Part shown: positions 57,304 through 64,000 of the stretch, in pieces
Layout: each line of letters opens with the position of its first letter
Position numbering within the stretch: the first letter of the stretch is position 1
NCBI GenBank assembly: GCA_010093745.1
Contig: MU005973.1
Location: forward strand, 124,001-188,000
Length of the DNA: 64,000 nt
From: Piedraia hortae CBS 480.64
Taxonomy: Eukaryota
Direction of reading: 5' to 3'
Notes under the pieces: generated by a model
What the model was told of the DNA's origin: nothing
Databases searched by the model: none
What the model saw: the letters and a program-made list of their open reading frames with translations, nothing else
Made by a program: the position numbers and the translations under genes

Positions 57304-60300
57304 ATGGGTTTGAGCGGGCGAAAATTGCCTTTGCCGGCGCCGACGGAGTCGATGGACGACGACACCGCCACCAATCTGACATCGCGCTCCACCTTTGAGA
57401 TCCCCGAAGACGGCCGTCCGCTGACGGTATCGACCCGCGGTCTTGCACCCAAGGACGCCCGCCCGGGCCACCGTCGCCAGAAGAGCCAGACGAGCCTGCT
57501 GATCGAATACTTTGAGGCTGCCAAGACGGGCGACAAGGCTAAGAGCCGGCCCAGCGTGCGCGTCAGAGTGTCGCCCAGTTCCAAGAAGTCGCGGCATGAC
57601 GCGGTGCAGGTGACGAGCATCGGGAAAGATCGCAAGCCGTCGTACACGCGTCGCATCTCGCTCGGCGGTAACCGCAACGTCGACGTCGAATCTGCCCAGC
57701 TCAGCCACAGCTCCGAGAGCAACCTCTCTGGCCGTCCGCCTGTTGAAATCGAGTTTTTGAATAACCCAAGCGAAGTGTCTACTGGCAAGTCTTCACGAGG
57801 CCTCTTGTATGCGCCGACCGAGTCCAACGTGTCTTCGATGCCGCCCGACAGCATCCTGGACGGTAGCCTCGTCTCGGAGCGCAGCCGTAGCTTCGTCGGG
57901 GGCAAGAGCCCCAGTCATGTCGAAGCCAAGAGGTCCAGCTACACCGAGGCGAAGAGCATGCCCAGCTCCGTGGAGAACCAGGTCGGCGATGCCCATATGC
58001 TAAAGGCGCCCGTTGACGATCGCGGCCGTAGCACCAGTAGAGACCGCGTCACACAAAAAGTCATGGAGAAGCTCGCTCAGTCCAGCGGCAAAGCAACATC
58101 CAGCGAGCAACGCTATGAACAAGACGTCGACGCTGAAGGCTATCCGATCAAGAATCACAGCTGGCGCAAGTCACATGGTGACAGTGAAGCATTCACCAAC
58201 GGCAGCCAAGTGTCTGCTGCTTCTCAAAAGTCGCATGCGAGCGAGAACCAAAGGTTACTGCGCCTGGTAGAAGACACCATCAAGCGCGACATCCTCCCTG
58301 AAATCAGCGCCATCAAAGACGAAAAGCAAGCACCCAAAGCCATGCTCCCTGAAGAGGGCAAGCGTAGCCAAGCCGTGCTCACCGAAGAAGGGAAACGTAG
58401 CCGCAAGTCCTCCAGCTACGGAAATCTCTCCAAGCCCAAAGTTGTCTTGAATAAGGACGGCGATGATCCAGGCACCGTGCTTTCGCGCGGAGATTCGGAG
58501 AGAAAAGGCGACTCTGAGCGTAGGAAATCGCGCAAGTCCAGCAAGGGCAGCTACGAGGAGAGGCCGTCCAGTCGCCGTTCGTCGGCAAGACATGCGTCGG
58601 GCCATAGTTTGCGAGACGATGTGGCCGCGGCCGGTCTCGCAACGGCTGCTCTCAAACACCACGATTCCCGTGAGTCTACGCGCAAGCACAACCGTTCGCG
58701 CACCAGTAGCCATGGCGAGTCGGTAGAGACGCTGGGGAGGACCAAGGAAATCCCGCCAATGCCCATGGCTAGCGCCATCAATGAATCCGAAGTCACCCGC
58801 GGCAGCATCATCAGCTCCTCGTCAGGGCTTGAACAGACGGTTCGCAGTCCTATTCGTGAAGTATCGCGGAAGACGGTTGGCGAAGCCCTCTCTCCTGCCT
58901 CTTCTCGCACGCCGTTGAATTCTCCCGGCAGGGCACTGGGCATGAGCCATCCCAATTACCTGGTCGAGAGCCCCAGCAGTGCCATCTCTCAGAAGGCCCA
59001 GATGGCCGCCCTGACCGCTGCTGGTCTTGACGCTCCAGTCACCAAAGGCGATGCGCATGTCAACGCCGATGGTTACGGCTTCCCCATGGCCACTCCCTCT
59101 CAGAGCGTTTCGAGCCTCAAGCAGCGATATGAGAACGATCCATTGATGCCTCAATCGGGGCCAAAAACTCCTCGCTCACTTGCAGCTCCCTCGCGGGACT
59201 CTATCAGGTCTCCGCGTTCTTCGCCCACTACGCAGCGTCTGGCACAGTCACGCCAGCAGTCGCTTGAACCGGCGTTTGCCCGCGAGGGCACGCCTGGAAC
59301 ACCTCAGGGGAACGTTGATGAGTGGTATGAGAAACAGCACGAGCTCAACGATCACTACCGTCATTCGATGGAGCACTCCACTAACAGGGACTCCTACCTG
59401 ACGAACCCCTACCCTGAGGATGGCCATGACTTTGTTTCACCTGGTCCCTCGCCGATGTTTCAGGACATCAAAGGTCTAACCGCCAACCCGGTTTTTGGCA
59501 TGCACGCGGCTGTAGAGTCCAACGTGGCTTCTCTGATTGAACCTTCTAATCTCAGCAGCAACCTGCATTCGCCGGCAGACAGCCCCAACAAGGTTCAGGG
59601 AAGCTTCGCCGACCGCGCCCGCGAGCTTGGCCAGGGCAGCCCTGGATCCTATGAAGATATCAGTCAAGATCGCTGGGCTTCTATCAGTAAACATGCTCGC
59701 ACCTTGTCAGACTCGCCTGTCAAAAGCGTTGGTGATGAAGTGCCGGTAATGAGCAGCAGTCCTCTGGCTGCATCCACCAGGCCTGACATGGGGTACATTG
59801 ACGAGAGATCAGAGAAGTCGTCTAAACGCTCGGCCCAGGGCATTGTGAAGCGTGCTGCCGAAAGTCGCTCCAACACGCCGACTGTCCAGGCTGATGATCG
59901 CTCAGAGGGTGCTTCAACTCCGCGAGCCAAATACAGCAAAGATGACATGGCAGAGTATCATCGGGCTATGAATGTTTCATCCCCGCCTGGGCTCAGGACT
60001 AAGCCTCTATCCGCGGATATAAGTCCGTCTAAGAGCTCAGAGAAGATCGCCTCTCAGGACATTGTGGCCCTCATGGACCATCTAACCGTGCGGGATGCCC
60101 AGCGCAACGCTCGTGATACCGAAATCCTCGTTACTCTTGTCCGCAGTGCCACGGAAATGCGGCAGTCATTTGATGAAATGAAGCGGTTCATCGTAGAGCA
60201 AGACCGGCTCATTATGCAAAACACCGACCGTGATGCAGAGCAGACGGTGCAAAAGGTTCTTGGCGGACCGCGTCCCCAGCCCACAGGCGTTCGCACTCCT

Positions 60301-61645
60301 CGTCAAGACTCGCAAGAAGACATCAGGGTCAAGCGAAGAGGCGTACTCCGTCGGGCTCTAAAGGGCCTAACTGCGGGCGGCAAGAAGTCGGATGACTTGG
60401 CGAGGATCGAAGACTTGCTGATGCAGATTCTCGACAACGTCGAGGATTTGAAACAAGGCACTGGCAGTGAACGTGGTGGATCTCGCCAGTCGGTCGAGTC
60501 CGACTATCGTCAGCCGCCGATGCAGATGCCCATGTCCTCACGACTGCCTCCGTCCGCACGACCGGCCCCGATATTGGCCCCGGACAAGATGTATGACAGG
60601 CAGTTTCACTCAGGCTACGACGGTCGCCGTGACTCGCCCAGTCGCATCAGTACTGTGGCCGAAGGTGACGAGGAAGAACTCACCCCCGATGAGGATCGTC
60701 TGCTACGCAACCAGGCCGGCTTCAACGACCGCCTACTGACGCCCACCCAAGAAAATTATCGCTACAGTCAGCATTCAGCAAACTATCGCGGCGTTCCCGA
60801 AGACGCCTCTCATCACAGACAGAAGAGCAGCGAGTCTTCCGCACCCAAAGTCTCCCGCTGGTCCAAGACTACAACATCTTCGGATCCATATAACATGCCA
60901 GACGGCGCGCGCTCAAACCCATCTTTGGCGGAGAGCATCCCTCGGGACGACGTACGCAGTCAAGCAAGCGGCATTGCACGAACTCCCTCGCCTCTCATCC
61001 CATCCGAAGTATCTTACCGCTACGAAGACGACGAGCTCTCTCCCGCTTCCCCTGGGGAACTCACCCTAGACGACCCGAAGTACCAATCGGTACGTAACTC
61101 ACTCCAACTACAACACCCGCAGCCCAGACAAGGCTCGACGGGTCGTCATCAAAACACTCTGGAGCACCGAGCCCAAGATTACGACGATCCATCCACAATC
61201 ACAACTACGACGGGCAGCGACCTCTCACAGACAACAACCAGCGACTTCGACCCCGCAACCTGGGGCTCATCCGGCACAGCCGCCCTAGCACGCACACGCG
61301 TGCCCCCCACCGAGCCCATGGACCAGGAACCACTAGTCCCACCGAAACCAGACCCCGTTGAGGAATTCGAACCGCAGTATAGTAACAGCGGGTTCAGTAA
61401 GGGGGGTTACTACGGTAGTCCCTTTGGATCGGGACATTTGCTCGAGCCGATTCAGGAAGTATGTTGATTACCCCTCCCCGCCCTCCCCAACAAAAAGAAA
61501 ACACAAAGGAAGAGGTTACTGACGATGGAAACAGGTCTCCCCTGAACCCTCATTAGTCGATGTCGCTACGTCTAGGAAAGTCGCGGGCCCGCGTCCCGCT
61601 CCGACTGGATCAGGCACTTTGAGGAGAAAGCCGATTGGGATGTGA
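57304..61645 (+). CDS. Large conserved uncharacterised fungal protein, mostly disordered with a coiled-coil core
   Basis: About 1420 aa. Conserved-looking blocks 'SQTSLLIEYFE' and 'DIVALMDHLTVRDAQRNARDTEILVTLVRSATEMR'. Intron 61459-61534. The start could be 57289, 57304 or 57352. Confidence 0.8.
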
Positions 61646-62160
61646 TTACAAGCGATTGTGTTAATGACGATGAAATGACACCATGCATTGCGAAAAATGT
61701 CTACAGTGGTCTTTGGGAGTTGGGGTAAATAGTGATAAATGAGATTGGGGATGAAATGTCCCTTGTTCAAATTGTCGTCTGAATACTGCACCTTCTAAAG
61801 GCTAAAGTCGTATTAAACCATGGCCAATGAATTGGGACTAGGGAAAGTACACTTTGAGCGTGCAGCTAGAAGTGAGGCTTATGAGATTTCTCTTCGACGG
61901 AGATTGTTGTTAATGTTCAGGGTATTATGAACGCCAAGAGGGGGGTTCACTTTCACTTCCACTTTCACATTGCAGCCCCTTATCAGAATCATTCCTTTTT
62001 TCCGTTGAAAAGAGGAATTCTTGTTGGCAAAGCTAAACAAGACCACTTCCTACCAAGTCCGTAAAAATGACAAACCTGGGATCCAATCCCATCGCGAGTC
62101 GTAGAGACAACCAGCCTACTACAAATCCGTGAAAGATTCCTTTCAGCTACAAACACATTT

Positions 62161-63460
62161 CTAATTGTTCTCCGGCCTGAGACTACGGACTGCCTTTCCA
62201 GCCCGCCAGATTTCCATGTTACGAATCTCCTCCATTTCCTTCTCAAACGCCTGACGGTAATCCGGACGACTGGCGTATTCCATTGTACGCTGCGTTTCCT
62301 TACCGGACTTGACTGAATCGTACAATTCCTCAAAGACAGGACGCAGGGCGTTTTCGAATTTCTTGGACCAGTCGATTGCGCCGCGACGGGCGGTGGTCGA
62401 GCAGGCTGCATACATGTAATCCATTCCGTTGGCTCCGATGAGGGGGTAGAGAGATTGCGTGGCTTCCTCAACGGTTTCGTTGAAGGCCTCGGACGGGGAA
62501 TGGCCACGTTCACGGAGGACCTTGTACTGTGCAAGGAACATGCCGTGGATGCCGCCCATGAGACAGCCGCGTTCGCCGTACAGGTCAGAATAGACTTCTT
62601 TTTGGAAAGTTGTTTTGTAGAGGTATCCGGAGCCGACGGCTACGCCCAACGCAACGGCTTTTTCCTCGGCTTTGCCGGTCACGTCTTGGAAGACGGCGAA
62701 GGAAGAGTTGATGCCTCGTCCCTCTTTGAAGAGGGTGCGGACAGTGCGGCCGGAACCCTTGGGAGCTACGAGGATGACATCGATGTCTTTGGGAGGCTCG
62801 ACATGCGTCTGGTCTTTGAAGACGGGCGAGAAGCCGTGGGAAAAGTAGAGGGTCTAGACATGTTAGCCAGGATGGTGTGAATGTTTTGGTCTACCCACCT
62901 TGCCCTTGGTCAGCAGCGGCTTGATCCGCGGCCACGTCTCGCTCTGGGCAGCATCACTGAGCAGATTCATGACAATGGTACCCTTTTTGATGGCCTCGTC
63001 AACATCAAACAGGTTCTTGCCAGGAACCCATCCGTCCTGGACAGCTTCCTTCCAGCTCGTGCCATCCTTGCGCACGCCGACAATCACATTGAGGCCGTTA
63101 TCACGGAGGTTCAGACCTTGGCCGTGGCCCTGCGAACCGTAGCCAATGAGAGCAAGAGTGTCGTTTTTGAAGTAGTCCTAAAGAGTCAGTTTATTAACAA
63201 TTTTTTCTCAGCTTTCAACGTACCAACAACTTGTCACGCGGCCAGTCGGCACGCTCGTATACAACCTCTTTGTCGCCGGCAAAGTCGACAGTCTTCATGC
63301 CTCGCTGCTGCTTGAGTGCAGTCTGCGCCGGTCGGGTCCATGTTCGTCGACCGCACACTTTCACGACCGAAGCAAAGGTCCGCGTCTGCAAACGGGGTGC
63401 AGCTTGCTTGGAGGCGACATTAATCGCACGTAGAGCTTTGCTGGATCGCTGCAAAGCCAT
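62161..63460 (-). CDS. ILV5: Mitochondrial ketol-acid reductoisomerase
   Basis: Presequence, 'VYERADWP', 'IGYGSQGHGQGLNLRDNG', 'LLSDAAQSETWP' and 'SDLYGERGCLMGGIHG'. Introns 63178-63223 and 62854-62898. Confidence 0.97.
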
Positions 63461-63507
63461 CTTGAACGAGAGCTTTCAAGTGAGCAGAATAATTATTTTT
63501 CACACGC

Positions 63508-63550
63508 CCGATGTCGGGAGGGCTCGTGCGTTTTACGTGACTAACGTAAA
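63508..63550. promoter_or_regulatory. Candidate Leu3-type CCG-N4-CGG site and AP-1/Gcn4-like TGACTAA upstream of ILV5
   Basis: CCGATGTCGG at 63508-63517. TGACTAA at 63538-63544, inside the inverted repeat TTTACGT-N5-ACGTAAA. Confidence 0.5.
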
Positions 63551-63591
63551 CGTTCGTAGGATACGGTTAACAACGACTATTTCATACACCT

Positions 63592-64000
63592 CTACTTCGA
63601 TCCACCAAACCACGATGAAACCCCAGACTTGGCCTGCCTGGCGCCGTCCGTCACACGTTTGTCAAACTGATCAATGGCTGAGTTGGCCTTGTCCTGAGCC
63701 TCCTTCATCTTGCCATCAATGTTCTTCTCCGCTTCCCGGCGATACTGTTCGAGCTTACGATCGATGTTGCTCACACCATCTTTAGCGCTAGCCACGACAT
63801 CGTCGAGCTTACGGCCAGCGTCGGCAGCAAACACTTCGCCCTGTTTCTGAGCTTCCTTTCCAGCACCGGGAAGATGGCCCTTGACTTCACGAGAGAGCTT
63901 GGCAGCATCAGCTGGGTGAATGTCAGCATTTCACAAATGCATCTAACAGATGAACTCTCTCACCTTCAGCACGCTTCTCAGCTCCCTTTGCACTACCTCC
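63592..64000 (-). CDS. Partial LEA-like helical protein (5' end outside the window)
   Basis: 'AEKRAE', an intron near 63913-63962, then 'ADAAKLS...IDQFDKRVTDGARQAKSGVSSWFGGSK*'. Confidence 0.65.

Overview
This is eukaryotic DNA: a very compact, intron-poor filamentous ascomycete genome with GT..CTRAC..YAG introns of about 45-60 nt. Gene content and style suggest a Dothideomycete; that lineage call is my inference and was not checked by search. About 27 intact protein-coding genes sit in three dense blocks: 0.5-10.3 kb, 16.6-36.3 kb and 43.5-64 kb. Recognisable genes include a stand-alone FolD-type MTHF dehydrogenase/cyclohydrolase, TIF34, an LSB1/PIN3-like SH3 protein, an ABZ2-like lyase, glutamine synthetase, an FLC/TRP-like channel, STE7, SPT6, a zinc alcohol dehydrogenase, an S10 carboxypeptidase, MRPL20, a GH13_5 alpha-amylase, two thaumatin-fold proteins, CNB1, an aldehyde dehydrogenase, SLT2 and ILV5. 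Two gene-poor islands (10.3-16.3 kb and 36.3-43.4 kb) hold decayed material. It includes a frameshifted Mutator-like transposase with all three D-D-E motifs still readable, fragments of a lineage-specific paralog family shared between the islands, and possible gag and helicase-associated relics. The most notable non-coding signals are a 47-bp promoter tandem repeat built from nested palindromes (CRE and E-box) upstream of the ADH, an unusually long self-complementary SPT6 intron, a recurring C-rich to G-rich switch along coding strands, and ultra-short bidirectional promoters. I found no CRISPR array, tRNA or rRNA. There are two assembly gaps (N runs). All family assignments come from motif recognition, not database searches.
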